A stretch of DNA of 64,000 nt from an uncultured delta proteobacterium (GCA_963815115.1 CAWFFN010000005.1:32001-96000); one strand, 5' to 3'. Counted from the stretch's first letter, positions 20,296 to 31,267 are shown. Notes: generated by a model not told the origin, from the sequence alone. Made by a program: numbers and translations.

Positions 20296-20526
20296 CTAGA
20301 GCACGTCCTCGACCCCGAGCCGCCCGGCGATCGCATAGAGTTTCTCGTGGATCGACTCGTTGGTGAGGCGCTGGATGTCGGACAATGCCTCGCAGTACTC
20401 GGTCAGGGCGCCGACCCACGCTTGCAGGCTCGCCAGCGTCGAGAGCGCCGCCCGTGCCTCCTCGATCCGGAACCGGGCCTGCTCCAGCCGTTCGGCAGCC
20501 TCCTCGAGATGCCTGGGTAGCGACAT
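20296..20526 (-). CDS. Small helical hypothetical protein
   Basis: 76-aa ORF with GAGGAG RBS, packed between co-directional genes. Confidence 0.65.
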   Translation of the reverse strand: MSLPRHLEEAAERLEQARFRIEEARAALSTLASLQAWVGALTEYCEALSDIQRLTNESIHEKLYAIAGRLGVEDVL

Positions 20527-20539
20527 GGTTCTCCTCGGC

Positions 20540-21028
20540 TCAGAGCTTGTAGCCGAGGCGCCGCAAGAGCGTCTTGCGCGCCGCGACATCGTTCTCGGTC
20601 TCGACACCTTTCGGGCGTGCGCCGTCGATCACCCCGAGGATGCCACGTCCCGTGGCCGTCTCGGCCACGATGATGTCGACGGGGTTGGCCGTCGCGCAGT
20701 AGATGCCGCAGACCTCGGGCACGTGCCGGATGACGGGCAATACGTTGATCGGGTAGCAATCGCGGAGGAGCACGAGGAAGCTGTGCCCCGCCCCGATCGC
20801 CTCCGCGTTCGTGCGGGCGAGCGTGGCGAGCTCGGCATCCGTGCCGCTCCACCGGACGAGGCAGGGTCCCGACGACTCGCAGAAGGCGAGGCCGAAGGTG
20901 ATGCCGGGCACGGCGGTGACCAGCGCTTCGTGGAGATCCTCGACCGTCTTAATGAAATGTGCCTGGCCGAGAATCAGGTTGACGGCCTCGGGTTTTTGGA
21001 TCGTTACGGAGACGAGATTCAGGACCAT
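20540..21028 (-). CDS. Adenosine-specific kinase family (DUF355) protein
   Basis: NLILGQAHFIKTVEDL..FGLAFCESSGPCLVR..GHSF..YCATANP..GRGILGVIDG..LGYK. Confidence 0.88.
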   Translation of the reverse strand: MVLNLVSVTIQKPEAVNLILGQAHFIKTVEDLHEALVTAVPGITFGLAFCESSGPCLVRWSGTDAELATLARTNAEAIGAGHSFLVLLRDCYPINVLPVIRHVPEVCGIYCATANPVDIIVAETATGRGILGVIDGARPKGVETENDVAARKTLLRRLGYKL

Positions 21029-21048
21029 GACTCTTCCTCCGTCAGAGG

Positions 21049-21064
21049 TTCAATCGCCGTGCCA
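21049..21064 (-). promoter_or_regulatory. Degenerate sigma-54-like promoter
   Basis: TGGCAC-GGCGA-TTGAA (conserved -12 C is lost). Confidence 0.35.
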
Positions 21065-21294
21065 GATGATGGGCGCAGCAGAATCGTCTCGAGATGTCCC
21101 TCAGGAGCGCGCGCTAGGGAAGCATGCTGGGACATCTTTCCTGGCCATGGGAAGCAATCTCGACCAGGCGGCCGCCTCGGCTCCTCAATGCTCCTCCTCC
21201 GCCTGCACGGCGCCCCGGATCGCCGGGTTGTCGTCAGGCCCGCACGCGCCAGCGCGCCTTCTCCGGACATAGAGCCGCCAAGGCATCCACGCGA

Positions 21295-21910
21295 TAGGAT
21301 GAACGAGCCCACGGCCGCCACCCTGGCCTACGGACTCGACGCTGGGCCAAGAGCTCCGTATACGCACCCTACCTCGCCGCCGTGCGGGGGAGCCGCGGCA
21401 TCTCGAGCTCGACCTCACGCGGACCGAGCTCGAGCGCGTGCTGCGCCCGGTCGTCGAGCGCTGACGCGCTCCGGTCGAGCAGGCCCTCCACGATGCCGGC
21501 ATCCAGCCCGCGACGTCGACCGGGTCGTGTTCGCCGGCGGAGCTACCCCGGTGCCCGTCGTCCGCGCCTACTTCGAGAACCTCTTCGGCAGCCCGTCGAG
21601 ACAGGCGTCGACCCGATGGAGTGTGTGCGAGCGGGGCGGGATCCAGGCCGGCGTCCTCAGCGGGGAGGTCGGGAACATCGTCCTGATCGACGTGACTCCG
21701 CTCACCCTGCTCTTCACCACCGCCGCCGACATGCAGACGGCGGTGACCGTCCACGTCTTCCAGGGCGAGCGCCCGACGGCCGCGGACAACGCGTCGGCGA
21801 GTTCAGCCTCGTGGCGCTCCCGCCCGCGCAATCGTGAGCCCGGCGCCGAGGAGCGCTTCAAGGAGATCGCTGAGGCCTACGCCGTCCTCAGCGATCCCAA
21901 GCGGCGGGCG
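21295..21910 (+). pseudogene. dnaK: Heavily deleted dnaK-dnaJ remnant
   Basis: NEPTAATLAYGLD, LTRTELE, VVFAGGAT, IQAGVLSG..LIDVTPLTL and FTTAADMQTAVTVHVFQGER, then the J-domain piece AEERFKEIAEAYAVLSDPKRRA. Confidence 0.85.
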
Positions 21911-22019
21911 GGCGATGAGTTCCGGCCCGGAACGAAGGGTTCCTTTCCGATCGTGGGAAGCTGACCCGCGGATCCTCTTGCCGATGAGAGGCCCCGGCAG
22001 TCACGGTCGACCCAGACCG

Positions 22020-22035
22020 TGGCAATGATCTTGCA
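22020..22035 (+). promoter_or_regulatory. Sigma-54 promoter upstream of the M50 protease
   Basis: TGGCAA-TGATC-TTGCA. Confidence 0.7.
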
Positions 22036-22049
22036 CTTCTTCGTCCCCA

Positions 22050-23315
22050 ATGGACGACGTGACAGCTCCCGAAAGACTTGAAGAAGCTCAGGCTCGCGTC
22101 CGCCCCGGAAAGGCCGTAGTCGGAAGGGAGTCGACCGTGCAGGGGTTGGATGCCGCCGCGGGCAGGGATCGTCACGGGGAGCCGCCGCCGAGAAGGCGGC
22201 ACGGCATCGAGCTGTTCGAGGTGGCGGGTATCCAGATCGCCGTCGATTGGTCCTGGCTCGTGACGTTCCTGCTCGTCCTCGTGAGCCTTTCGGCCGGCTA
22301 CTTTCCGCACCAGCACCCGGGCCACGGCGCCGGGTGGTACTGGGGCATCGGCGCAGTCGCCACGCTGCTCTTCTTCACTTCGGTAGTGATCCACGAGCTG
22401 GCGCACGCGCTCGTGGGCAGGCGACTCGGCCAGGAGGTGCGGCGCATCACGCTGTTCATCTTCGGCGGGATGGCGCATCTCTCGCGGGAGCCGCGAAGCG
22501 CCGCAGTCGAGCTCGCGATCGCCGCCGTCGGACCGATGACGAGCCTGCTGCTGGGTGGGGTCTTCTGGCTGATCGCCTCGTGGCTCGAGGCCATGGACGT
22601 GGGGGCGCTCTGGGTCGCGATGTGCAGCTACCTCGCCTTCATCAACGTCGCGCTGGCCGTCTTCAACCTGCTTCCCGGCTTCCCCCTCGACGGCGGTCGA
22701 ATGCTGCGGAGCGTGTTGTGGCTGCGCTCGGGCGACCTGCGCGCCGCCACGGCGCGGGCCGCCGACTGGAGCAGCGGCATCGCCCTCGGGCTGATGCTGC
22801 TCGGCGCCGTGCAGATCCTCGCAGGCAGCCTGATCGGTGGGCTCTGGTCGATCTTCATCGGCGCCTTCCTGCGTGGCGCCGCGCACGCCAGTTACGAGGG
22901 GGTCGTCGTCGAGCAGGTGCTCAGCGGGACCATCGTGCGCGACGCGATGATCCCGGACCCGATCACGGTGGTGCCCGGCGATCTGACGGTGGCGAGTGTG
23001 GTGGAGAACTACTTTCTCCGATACGGCTTCGGCGGCTTCCCGGTGGCCGACGACGGACAGATCACGGGCGTGCTCTCGCTGGGGGAGGTGAAGCGCTGCC
23101 CGTCGGATCAGCGTGCCTCTCGTCGCGTGCGCGAGTTCATGTGTCCGGCAAGTGACGTCGCCATCTCGGCCGACGCCACCGTGGCGGCGGCGCTTCGCCG
23201 CATGGTGCAGTCGGGCTGCAGCCGATTGCTGGTCGAGGACCGAGGGCGCGTCATCGGCCTGATCACGCAAACGGGCATCACGCGGTTCGTCCAGATCAAG
23301 ACGGAGCTCGGATAG
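22050..23315 (+). CDS. Site-2 protease (M50) with CBS pair
   Basis: HELAH, AAVGP and FNLLPGFPLDGGR, followed by two CBS domains. Confidence 0.93.
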   Translation: MDDVTAPERLEEAQARVRPGKAVVGRESTVQGLDAAAGRDRHGEPPPRRRHGIELFEVAGIQIAVDWSWLVTFLLVLVSLSAGYFPHQHPGHGAGWYWGIGAVATLLFFTSVVIHELAHALVGRRLGQEVRRITLFIFGGMAHLSREPRSAAVELAIAAVGPMTSLLLGGVFWLIASWLEAMDVGALWVAMCSYLAFINVALAVFNLLPGFPLDGGRMLRSVLWLRSGDLRAATARAADWSSGIALGLMLLGAVQILAGSLIGGLWSIFIGAFLRGAAHASYEGVVVEQVLSGTIVRDAMIPDPITVVPGDLTVASVVENYFLRYGFGGFPVADDGQITGVLSLGEVKRCPSDQRASRRVREFMCPASDVAISADATVAAALRRMVQSGCSRLLVEDRGRVIGLITQTGITRFVQIKTELG

Positions 23316-23354
23316 CGGGATTATCCAAGCGGCGGAGAGTCCGCTTCCCGTTCC

Positions 23355-23597
23355 TCACGTCGCCATGCGCTCGTCGACGGGGAAGACGCGGCTCGCCTGC
23401 GGGCCCCGCGTGCCGCGCTCGATCTCGACCTCCACGGGGGAGCCCGTTCTGGAGCGCGTCGAAGTCGAGCTCGTGGAGCGCGTTGCGATGGAAGTAGAGG
23501 TCTTCGCCCGCCTCGGTGGTGATGAAGCCGTACCCCCGCGTCCTGAAGACGCGCGCGATCGTTCCCGCCGGCCGCGGGCCCGGCGACTTCCCGAAGC
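23355..23597 (-). pseudogene. Second copy of the HPF-CSD cold-shock C-terminus
   Basis: FGKSPGPRPAGTIARVFRTRGYGFI..LYFHRNALHELDF..GPQASRVFP; closely parallels 18559-18800. Confidence 0.85.
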
Positions 23598-23904
23598 CTC
23601 TCGGAGAAGATCGCATGTGCGAGGAGCGTCGCGGTGGTCGTGCCGTCGCCGACCGCATCGCCCGTCCGCTCGGCCGCCTCGCGGAGCATGCGGGCGGCGA
23701 GGTTCTCCTCGGGGTCCTTCAGCTCGACCTTCTTGACGATCGTGACTCCATCGTTGCACACGATCGGGCTGCCCAACTTCTTCTCGATGAGGACGCAGCG
23801 CGATTTGGGACCGAGGGTGACCCGCACCGCATCGGCGAGGACACCGGCGCCGCGCGGATCTTCTCGCGGGCCTCGGAGCGGAAGAAGAGCTGCCTGTGAG
23901 GCAT
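23598..23904 (-). pseudogene. groEL: GroEL N-terminal ~100-codon fragment
   Basis: LADAVRVTLGPK, NDGVTI, DAVGDGTTTATLLA; truncated and frameshifted. Confidence 0.9.
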
Positions 23905-23910
23905 GGTCAT

Positions 23911-24852
23911 TTACCGTCCGCACGTCACGGCCCCGCGAGGGGCTGGCCCCGCGTGCAAGCGTCCGATCGCATCGGCGAGGAGCGGAGCGAGGCTCACCAG
24001 CTCACGCGGCGTGCCGGCGTGGGTGCCCATGGCGACGCTGTCGGTGACGACGAGGCGGCGGATGGGAAGGCGGCCGAGGCGCTCCGTGGCCGGCCCAACG
24101 AGGAGGGCGTGGCTGACCGCCACGGTGACGTCCGGGATCGCCCCCGCGTCGAGGAGCGCACTGATGGCCGCCGCCACCGTACCGCCGGTGCTGATCATGT
24201 CGTCGATCACGATCGGCGTTCGACCGCGGACGTCGCCCACCAGGCCGCGCACACTCACCTCCGTGCCGCTCAAGCGGCTCTTGTGCACGAGCGCGATGGG
24301 GAGTTCGAGGAGCGCGGCGTAGCGTCCGGCCAGCTTCACCGCCCCGAGGTCGGGCGAGACGATCACCGCTTCGGGCGCAACTCCGGACCGGATGGTCTCG
24401 GCGAGAATGGCGGCCGCGCTCAGGTGCTCGAGGGGGACCGCGAAGCATCCTTCGATCGCGGGCGTGTGGAGATCGACTGCGACCACGCGGTCGAGGCCAC
24501 CGGCCTGCATGAGCTCGGCAACGAGACGCGCGCCGAGCGGCTCGCCTGCGTTCGTGCGCCGGTCCTGCCGGGCGTAGCCGAAGTAGGGAACGACGCCCGT
24601 GGTGCGCTCGGCTCCCGCACGGCGGCACGCGTCTGCCAGAAGGAGAAGCTCGAGGAGATGCTCGCCGACGGGCGGCCCGGTGGGCTGTACGATGTAGACG
24701 TCATCGCCCCGGACGTCCTCGCGGATCTGAATCTGCACCTCGCCATCGGGAAAATGCTCCAGCACCCGGCTCCCCGGCTTGAGGCCGAGACGCCCGGCGA
24801 CAGCCTCGGCGAGCGCTGGGTTCGCCGTCCCGGCGAAGACGTGGAGCTTCAT
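23911..24852 (-). CDS. prs: Ribose-phosphate pyrophosphokinase
   Basis: FPDGE, PYFGYARQDRR, VDLH, SPDLGAVK, IDDMISTGGT. Confidence 0.95.
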   Translation of the reverse strand: MKLHVFAGTANPALAEAVAGRLGLKPGSRVLEHFPDGEVQIQIREDVRGDDVYIVQPTGPPVGEHLLELLLLADACRRAGAERTTGVVPYFGYARQDRRTNAGEPLGARLVAELMQAGGLDRVVAVDLHTPAIEGCFAVPLEHLSAAAILAETIRSGVAPEAVIVSPDLGAVKLAGRYAALLELPIALVHKSRLSGTEVSVRGLVGDVRGRTPIVIDDMISTGGTVAAAISALLDAGAIPDVTVAVSHALLVGPATERLGRLPIRRLVVTDSVAMGTHAGTPRELVSLAPLLADAIGRLHAGPAPRGAVTCGR

Positions 24853-25529
24853 CGCCTGGCCCGCGCAGCGGGTGGCCTCGAGGCCGCGGGCTTCGCCCGC
24901 AGATGCTCGCGAAACCAGGCGGTCGCGAGGCGGACCACCTCGTCGAGCGTCCCCGGCTCCTCGAAGAGATGGCTCGCGCCCGGAACGATCGTGAGACGCT
25001 TCTCGCAGCGCAGGCGCCGCAGCGCGTTCTCGTTCATGGCGATCACCGGCCGGTCGTCGCCGCCGACGATGAGCAGCGTCGGCGCGTGCACGCGGGGCAG
25101 AATGGGCATGGCGAGGTCGGGGCGGCCGCCGCGCGAGACCACCGCGGCGACGGCGGGGTCGTTGGCCGCGGCGATGAGCGCGGCGGCGGCTCCCGTGCTT
25201 GCCCCGAAGTACCCGACCGGGAGGTCTCGCGTGGCCGGCTGGCCGCGAACCCATTCGGTGGCGGCGCGCAGCCGGCGGGCGAGTAGCTCCACATCGAAGA
25301 CCAAGGTCCGGTCCAAGGCTTCGTCCGGCGTGAGGAGGTCGAAGATCAGGGTCGCGATGGCGGCGTCCCGCAGCGCGCCGGCGACGTAGGTGTTGCGGGG
25401 GCTCAGGCGGCTGCTGCCGCTGCCGTGCGCGAAGAGCACGATTCCCCGGGCCTCCGGCGGTACACCCAGCAGCCCTTCGAGTACCACCGGGTCGGCTGGA
25501 ATGTGCGAGGTTGCCACGGGAGCGCTCAT
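24849..25529 (-). CDS. Dienelactone hydrolase-family alpha/beta protein
   Basis: FAHGSGSSRLSPRN, GYFGASTGAA, VSRGGRPDLA, GASHLFEEPG. Confidence 0.9.
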   Translation of the reverse strand: MSAPVATSHIPADPVVLEGLLGVPPEARGIVLFAHGSGSSRLSPRNTYVAGALRDAAIATLIFDLLTPDEALDRTLVFDVELLARRLRAATEWVRGQPATRDLPVGYFGASTGAAAALIAAANDPAVAAVVSRGGRPDLAMPILPRVHAPTLLIVGGDDRPVIAMNENALRRLRCEKRLTIVPGASHLFEEPGTLDEVVRLATAWFREHLRAKPAASRPPAARARR

Positions 25530-25602
25530 TTCATTCCTCCTCCGACGGCGGGCGATCAGGGGCGAGGTAGTCGAGCGCAGCCTTCATTGTGACCTCCCGA
25601 TC

Positions 25603-26230
25603 TCACGCCGCCGAAGCCGCGGCGCGGATGAGCCGCGCCGTGACCTCGTCGTCGGACATCTGCGGAAACTCGTCGTAAAAGGCGCCGACGGCTCCGAAGG
25701 GCTCTGGTGTGGCGAGGACAACGAGCTGGTCCACCATCCGCCGGAGCACGGTGGCCACATCGGGCGGCGCGACGGGAATGGCGAGCACGAGGCGTTCGGG
25801 CCTGTGACGGCGGAGGGCGCGGATCGCGGCGATGACGGTCGACCCCGTCGCGACGCCATCGTCGACGAGGATGACGGTGGCGCGCTCAGGGAGCGCAAGG
25901 ACGCCGCCGCCGCGGAAGCGCCGCTGGCGGGCGGCGATCTCTTCGCGCTGGTGCTCGATCTCGCCGAAGACATAGTGCTCGGAGGCGACGGCGAACGCGT
26001 GGCCCTCTTCATTGAGGTAGAACTCGCCGCCCTCGGCCACCGCGCCGATCGCCAGCTCGGGGTTGCCTGGCGCACGGAGCTTGCGGACGATGACCACGCC
26101 GAGGGAAGCTCGAGGGCGTCGGCGATCTCCGCAGCAGGCACGACCCCTCCGCGGGGAAGCCCGAGGACGACGGTGCGGGGGCGGCCACGATAGGCCCGCA
26201 GCCGCTCGACGAGACGGCGCGGAACCTCAC
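25603..26230 (-). pseudogene. Phosphoribosyltransferase, frameshifted
   Basis: VLGLPRGGV in one frame; VRKLRAPGNPELAIGA and LVDDGVATGST in another. Confidence 0.85.
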
Positions 26231-26256
26231 GGGCCTCGCAACTTCATGCCGCATCG

Positions 26257-26781
26257 CTACCTCCGCGGTGCCGGGTGGCTCCGCGAGCGCAACGCCCGCT
26301 GGTGCTCGCCGGCGGCGGTCACGACTCCGCCGGCGACGACCACGTCCTCCTCGACGTAGAGGGCACCGCCGCGCAGCAGTTCGTGTTTTGCGCGAGGAAG
26401 CCCATACACGGTCGCGCGCAGGCCACGCAGGAGTCCTGCGCGCGCCGCCACCGCGCCGGAGAGGCAGATGGCGGCGACCGGGATGCCATCGGCATGGGTG
26501 ACGCGCAGGAGGGCATGCAAAGTGCCGTTCTCCCACAGGTACGTTGGAGCTCGGGCTCCCCCGACGATGGCGGCATAGCGGTCTGGATCCGCCGCCTCGA
26601 CGGTGAGATCCGGCTTCACGTCGGCACCTTGCATTCCCCGTGCGAGTCCGGCTGTCGTCGAGACGATCTCGACCACCGCCCCCTCGGCCTCGAAGAACGC
26701 CTTGGGCTCGAGCAGCTCCTCGTCGCGGAAGTCGGTGGGCGCTATGACCATCAGCACGTGCCGGCCTTCGAGCGAGCGCAT
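26257..26781 (-). CDS. DJ-1/PfpI family protein (small internal deletion; C-terminus possibly shifted)
   Basis: FRDEELLEP, AAICLSG, EDVVV.GGVVTA. Confidence 0.8.
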   Translation of the reverse strand: MRSLEGRHVLMVIAPTDFRDEELLEPKAFFEAEGAVVEIVSTTAGLARGMQGADVKPDLTVEAADPDRYAAIVGGARAPTYLWENGTLHALLRVTHADGIPVAAICLSGAVAARAGLLRGLRATVYGLPRAKHELLRGGALYVEEDVVVAGGVVTAAGEHQRALRSRSHPAPRR

Positions 26782-26788
26782 ATCGGCT

Positions 26789-26804
26789 AGCAACCGGGTT
26801 GCCA
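26789..26804 (-). promoter_or_regulatory. Sigma-54 promoter upstream of the pfpI-like gene
   Basis: TGGCAA-CCCGG-TTGCT. Confidence 0.7.
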
Positions 26805-26907
26805 GACCATTCTCCCGGAGCGAAGGGGTTACTTGCGACTGTGGGAACGTGGGTGCACCCCCGACCGCCGGACCGCGCGCGCCGAAGCGACAGCCCGCCT
26901 GCGGTCG

Positions 26908-27306
26908 TCAGACCTCCTGGTCCTGAAGCGTCTCGCGCAGCTCGTGCTCGAGCTGCTCGACGCGTTGCTCCAGTATCCCGATACGCTGCGTCAGCGTGGT
27001 CAGCTCCTCGAGCCCGCCACCGGCCGTCCCCTTGCGGCCGGCATCGGCCAGCCGGGTGAGCTGCTTCTCGAACGACTCGACGAGGCGACGCCCCCGGGTC
27101 TCGAGGTCCTTCAGGGATCGATCGGCTCGGCTGCGTAGTTCATCGTGCACCTTGCGAGCATCCCGATTCGATCTCCGCGCGTGTCCGCGGGCGAAGGTCG
27201 TCGTCTCGCGGCGGATCTGCCCTATGAACCATTCGCCCTCGCTGCGGAGGTGCTTCACGGAATCGCGGACTTGTGCAACCGAATTCCCTGTGGTCGAGCG
27301 TGGCAT
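26908..27306 (-). CDS. Coiled-coil, phasin-like hypothetical protein (copy 1)
   Basis: 132-aa helical ORF with GGAGG RBS; paralog at 33676-34072. Confidence 0.6.
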   Translation of the reverse strand: MPRSTTGNSVAQVRDSVKHLRSEGEWFIGQIRRETTTFARGHARRSNRDARKVHDELRSRADRSLKDLETRGRRLVESFEKQLTRLADAGRKGTAGGGLEELTTLTQRIGILEQRVEQLEHELRETLQDQEV

Positions 27307-27696
27307 GCAGCTTCCCTCCGGGGTGGAATGACGCCATGCAGGTGGCATGGGCTGGCTCTCTCAGGAAGGTCCGAGAGGCTGGAAATTTGGCGGAGGTTTT
27401 CTCAGTAATGAGAGGCAAGGGGATTGCCTGAGCAAACAGTCGAGCAGCCTCGTCGTGCCCTCTGTCACCAGATTCGGATCGTCGATGTCGGGCCAGGTCT
27501 CGCCGGTGCAATAGCCGTGCTCGCGCAGTGCCTCGAACCGACGCTCCCGCTGTATCCGCTCGTACGCCGGCCCTTCTCCGTCGCGGGCGCTCGATCAGGA
27601 CTCGGTGTCATCCTTCATGAAGCTCAAGGTGGAACAATCGTACCGGGAAGACCACGTCGGGTTCTCCCCGAGGGGCGCGTGGCGGAGATATTGCAG

Positions 27697-27808
27697 CTCC
27701 GCCGAGCTCATGCGCGCTTTACGCGACGTCGTGCAGCGCGCCCGCGCGCCAGCACGCTGCGCAGCTCGGAGCTGTCCGAGCCGACGATCGCCGTGGCGAG
27801 CGTGGCGA
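27697..27808 (+). repeat. Degenerate copy of an internal pdhC segment (33071-33180)
   Basis: gccgagctcatgcgcgc..cgcgacgtcgtgcagcgcgcccgcgc..gcacgctgcgcagctcggagctgtccga occurs at both sites. Confidence 0.9.
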
Positions 27809-27824
27809 TCGGCCGCAGAAGTGC

Positions 27825-27840
27825 TGGCATGCCACCTGCA
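27825..27840 (+). promoter_or_regulatory. Sigma-54-like promoter for the terB-like/acs/pdh/ACP operon
   Basis: TGGCAT-GCCAC-CTGCA. Confidence 0.6.
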
Positions 27841-27867
27841 TTCACGCGTCCGACAGGAGGTGCCACC

Positions 27868-28512
27868 ATGGAGATCGATCCCCCCCGCCTCGTAGCGCAG
27901 CTCGCGGCCGGCGTCATCCTCGCCGACGGCCGCGTCACCGCTGACGAGATGGATGAGCTTGGCCTCTTGGACGAGCTCGGACTCGGGACCCTGTCGGGAC
28001 TCGTAGAGGAGGAGATGCGGGGCGCTCCGCAGCGGCCCATCGACGTACGCACCACGTGCCGCTTGTTGCGGGAGCAGTTCCCGGACGCGGCGCCGACGAT
28101 TCTCGCCGCCCTCGCTGCGATCGCTGCCGCCGACCAAGACCTGTCGGAGGCCGAGCTGGAGGTGCTTGCCGAGGTGGGCTCCGACCTGGGTCTCGCTCCC
28201 CCAGAGGCCGAGCGTATCCTTGATGCGGTATTCCGCATTGTGGAGCCCGAGACTACAGCGCCAGCCCCGCCGCAGCCGGCCGCGCACCCCCCGCTCGATC
28301 CCCGGCTTGGCCGCGCACTGCTCGTGCTCGGGCTGGACACCCTGACCGGGCGTGCCGACCTCGACCTGAGCTACCGGCGCCTGATCGAGCGCTACGACCC
28401 CGCGAAGGTCATCGAGCTGGGCCCCGATTTCGCAGCCGTCGCGGTGCGCAAGCTGGCGGAAGTGACAGACGCCTATCGGCTCGCAGTGGAGGCCCTGCAG
28501 TCGCAGGATTGA
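27868..28512 (+). CDS. TerB-fold protein with a degenerate C-terminal J-like domain (DjlA-like)
   Basis: ADGRVTADE and [10 protein letters not shown] (TerB); LGL...[21 protein letters not shown] (J-like, no HPD); AGGAGG RBS. Confidence 0.75.
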   Translation: MEIDPPRLVAQLAAGVILADGRVTADEMDELGLLDELGLGTLSGLVEEEMRGAPQRPIDVRTTCRLLREQFPDAAPTILAALAAIAAADQDLSEAELEVLAEVGSDLGLAPPEAERILDAVFRIVEPETTAPAPPQPAAHPPLDPRLGRALLVLGLDTLTGRADLDLSYRRLIERYDPAKVIELGPDFAAVAVRKLAEVTDAYRLAVEALQSQD

Positions 28513-30302
28513 GTACGGCCAGTATTTCGGACGAGCGGGAATTGGTGGATCGACTGCCTGTCATCAAGAAGACACTCCACGGCGTGCCAAATCTCGTCGA
28601 CTACGACGCAGCGTGCCGAATATTCCGCTGGGAAGAGGCGCGCTCGGAGCTCACGGGCTTGCCTGGCGGTCACGGACTCAACATTGCTCACGAGGCCGTC
28701 GACCGGCACGCCGCGGGACCGCGGCGTGACCACGTCGCCCTCCGCTGGCTCGGACGCACCGGCGAGGTGCACGACGTGACGTTCGACGAGTTGCGGTCGC
28801 TGACGAACCGGTTCGCCAACGTGCTCGCCGAGCTCGGCATCCGGGCGGGCGATCGTGTGTTCGCTCTCGCCGGCCGCATCCCGGAGCTGTACCTGGCGGC
28901 GCTGGGCACTCTCAAGCATCGCGCGGTCTTCTGTCCGCTCTTTTCCGCGTTCGGACCCGAGCCCATCCGTGCCCGGCTCGCCATCGGCGAGGCGCGCGTG
29001 CTGGTCACCACCGAGTCGCTCTATCGCCGCAAGGTGCAAGCGTTGCGTGCCGCGCTCCCCACGCTCGAGCACGTCTTGCTGGTTGGTGATGAGGGTGGGC
29101 CGACGGCCATCGCCCACACGGACGACCTGGGTGCCCGGATGGCCGCAGCGGGCGACGCGTACGAGATCGATCCGACGTCGCCCGAGGATCTGGCGCTGCT
29201 CCACTTCACCAGCGGCACCACCGGGACGCCCAAGGGGGCCATGCACGTGCACGAGGCGGTCGTTGCGCACCACGTGACGGGCCGGCTCGCCCTCGATCTG
29301 CACCCCGACGACGTCTTCTGGTGCACGGCCGATCCCGGCTGGGTGACGGGAACGTCCTACGGCATCGTGGCGCCGCTCACGAACGGCGTGACCAGCGTCG
29401 TCGACGAGCGCGAGTTCGACGTCGAGCGTTGGTACCGCACGCTCCAGGACCAGCGCGTGACCGTGTGGTACACGGCGCCGACCGCGATCCGCATGCTCAT
29501 GAAGGCGGGGAGCGAGGTCGTCCGCCCGTATGATCTGTCGGCGCTTCGCTTTCTCGCCAGCGTCGGCGAGCCCCTCAATGCCGAGGCCGTGGTCTGGAGC
29601 CACGAGACGTTCGGTATCCCCTTCCACGACAACTGGTGGCAGACGGAGACGGGCGGCATCATGATCGCGAACTTCCTCGCCATGGACGTGCGGCCAGGGT
29701 CGATGGGCCGCCCGCTTCCCGGGGTCGAGGCCGCGATCGTCCGGCGCCGCGGTCCGGAGCATGTCGAGGTCGTCGCGGAGCCGGACGTGCAGGGCGAGCT
29801 GGCGCTGCGAGCGGGCTGGCCGTCGATGTTCCGCGGCTACTGGGGTGAGCCCGAGCGCTATCGTAAGTGCTTCGCGGATGGCTGGTATCTGACGGGCGAC
29901 CTTGCGCGGCGGGACGCCGACGGCTGGTTCTGGTTCGTCGGTCGTGCCGACGACGTCATCAAGACCTCGGGCCACCTGATCGGGCCCTTCGAGGTCGAGA
30001 GCGTGCTCATGGAGCATCCGGCAGTCGCCGAGGCGGGGGTGATCGGGAAGCCGGACCCGATGGCGATGGAGGTGGTGAAGGCCTTCGTGTCGCTCCGGCG
30101 CGGCTTCGAACCCGGCCCCGAGCTGCGCCGCGAGCTGCTGGGCTTCGCGCGTAAGCGCCTCGGCGCCGTGGTGGCGCCGAAAGAGATCGATTTTGCGGCC
30201 TCGCTGCCGAAGACGCGCAGCGGAAAGATCATGCGACGCCTGCTCCGCGCCCGCGAGCTCGGGCTGCCCGAAGGCGACACCTCGACGCTGGAAGAGGGAT
30301 GA
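28509..30302 (+). CDS. acsA: Acetate-CoA ligase
   Basis: [46 protein letters not shown]. Confidence 0.95.
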   Translation: MSTASISDERELVDRLPVIKKTLHGVPNLVDYDAACRIFRWEEARSELTGLPGGHGLNIAHEAVDRHAAGPRRDHVALRWLGRTGEVHDVTFDELRSLTNRFANVLAELGIRAGDRVFALAGRIPELYLAALGTLKHRAVFCPLFSAFGPEPIRARLAIGEARVLVTTESLYRRKVQALRAALPTLEHVLLVGDEGGPTAIAHTDDLGARMAAAGDAYEIDPTSPEDLALLHFTSGTTGTPKGAMHVHEAVVAHHVTGRLALDLHPDDVFWCTADPGWVTGTSYGIVAPLTNGVTSVVDEREFDVERWYRTLQDQRVTVWYTAPTAIRMLMKAGSEVVRPYDLSALRFLASVGEPLNAEAVVWSHETFGIPFHDNWWQTETGGIMIANFLAMDVRPGSMGRPLPGVEAAIVRRRGPEHVEVVAEPDVQGELALRAGWPSMFRGYWGEPERYRKCFADGWYLTGDLARRDADGWFWFVGRADDVIKTSGHLIGPFEVESVLMEHPAVAEAGVIGKPDPMAMEVVKAFVSLRRGFEPGPELRRELLGFARKRLGAVVAPKEIDFAASLPKTRSGKIMRRLLRARELGLPEGDTSTLEEG

Positions 30303-31267
30303 TCGAGCGCACGCACGGGCACAGGCTCCTGCGCGAGATGATGCGCATCAGGCGCTTCGAGGAGAGGGCGGTGGAGCTCTACCAGCTCGGGAAGATCCGC
30401 GGCTTCCTCCATCTGTACATCGGCGAGGAGGCGGTGGCCGTCGGTGCGCTCGCAGCGCTCGCGCCCGAGGACAACATCGTCTCCCATTACCGCGAGCACG
30501 GCCACGCGCTGGCGCGGGGCGTGCCGATGCCCGCCTGCATGGCTGAGCTCTACGGCAAGGCCACGGGCGTGAGCCGCGGCCGGGGCGGGTCGATGCATTT
30601 CTTCGACGTCGGGCGGCGGTTCTACGGTGGTTTCGCGATCGTCGGCGGGATGCTGCCGATCGCGGTCGGGCTCGCGCTGGCCGACCGGATGTCGGGGCGG
30701 CGCGCGGTGACCGCGTGCATGTTCGGTGACGGGGCGGTGGCGGAGGGCGAGTTCCATGAGTCACTCAACCTGGCGGCGCTGTGGGAACTGCCCGTGCTCT
30801 TTCTCTGCGAGAACAACCGCTACGCCATGGGCACGGCGCTCGCGCGCCACCAGTCGCAGACCGACATCAGTCGCAAGGCCGACGCCTACGCCATGGCGGC
30901 GGAGGTGGTGGACGGCATGGACGCGCTCGCCGTCGAGGAAGCCGTGCGGCGCGCGGTGGAGCGCATCCGCGAGAGTCGGCGCCCGTTCCTGCTCGAGGCG
31001 CGCACGTACCGTTTCCGCGCGCACTCGATGTACGACCCGGAGCTGTACCGCTCGAAGGAGGAGGTCGAGGACTGGAAGCGCCGCGATCCTATCCCGGCGC
31101 TGGCGGCGCGGCTCAGCGCCGACGGGCTCCTCACCCGGGTGGAGCTCGACGCCCTGGGGGCCGCCGCCGACGGCGAGGTCGCCGAGGCGGTGGCAGCCGC
31201 CGAGGCAGCCCCGTGGGAGCCCGTGAGCGACCTCGCGCGCGACGTCTACGGCGAGGGTGGTGCGTGA
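30299..31267 (+). CDS. pdhA: Pyruvate dehydrogenase-type E1 alpha
   Basis: [21 protein letters not shown] motif GDGA..ENN, YRFRAHS. Confidence 0.93.
   Translation: MIERTHGHRLLREMMRIRRFEERAVELYQLGKIRGFLHLYIGEEAVAVGALAALAPEDNIVSHYREHGHALARGVPMPACMAELYGKATGVSRGRGGSMHFFDVGRRFYGGFAIVGGMLPIAVGLALADRMSGRRAVTACMFGDGAVAEGEFHESLNLAALWELPVLFLCENNRYAMGTALARHQSQTDISRKADAYAMAAEVVDGMDALAVEEAVRRAVERIRESRRPFLLEARTYRFRAHSMYDPELYRSKEEVEDWKRRDPIPALAARLSADGLLTRVELDALGAAADGEVAEAVAAAEAAPWEPVSDLARDVYGEGGA

Noticed and set aside
20360-21964. 534-aa + ORF as a real fusion protein
   Set aside because: Its first half is antisense to real genes and its second half passes through dnaK/dnaJ debris.
26237-26251. Sigma-54 promoter before the PRTase pseudogene (CGGCAT-GAAG-TTGCG)
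   Set aside because: Spacer is one base short; not counted, though it may be a decayed site.
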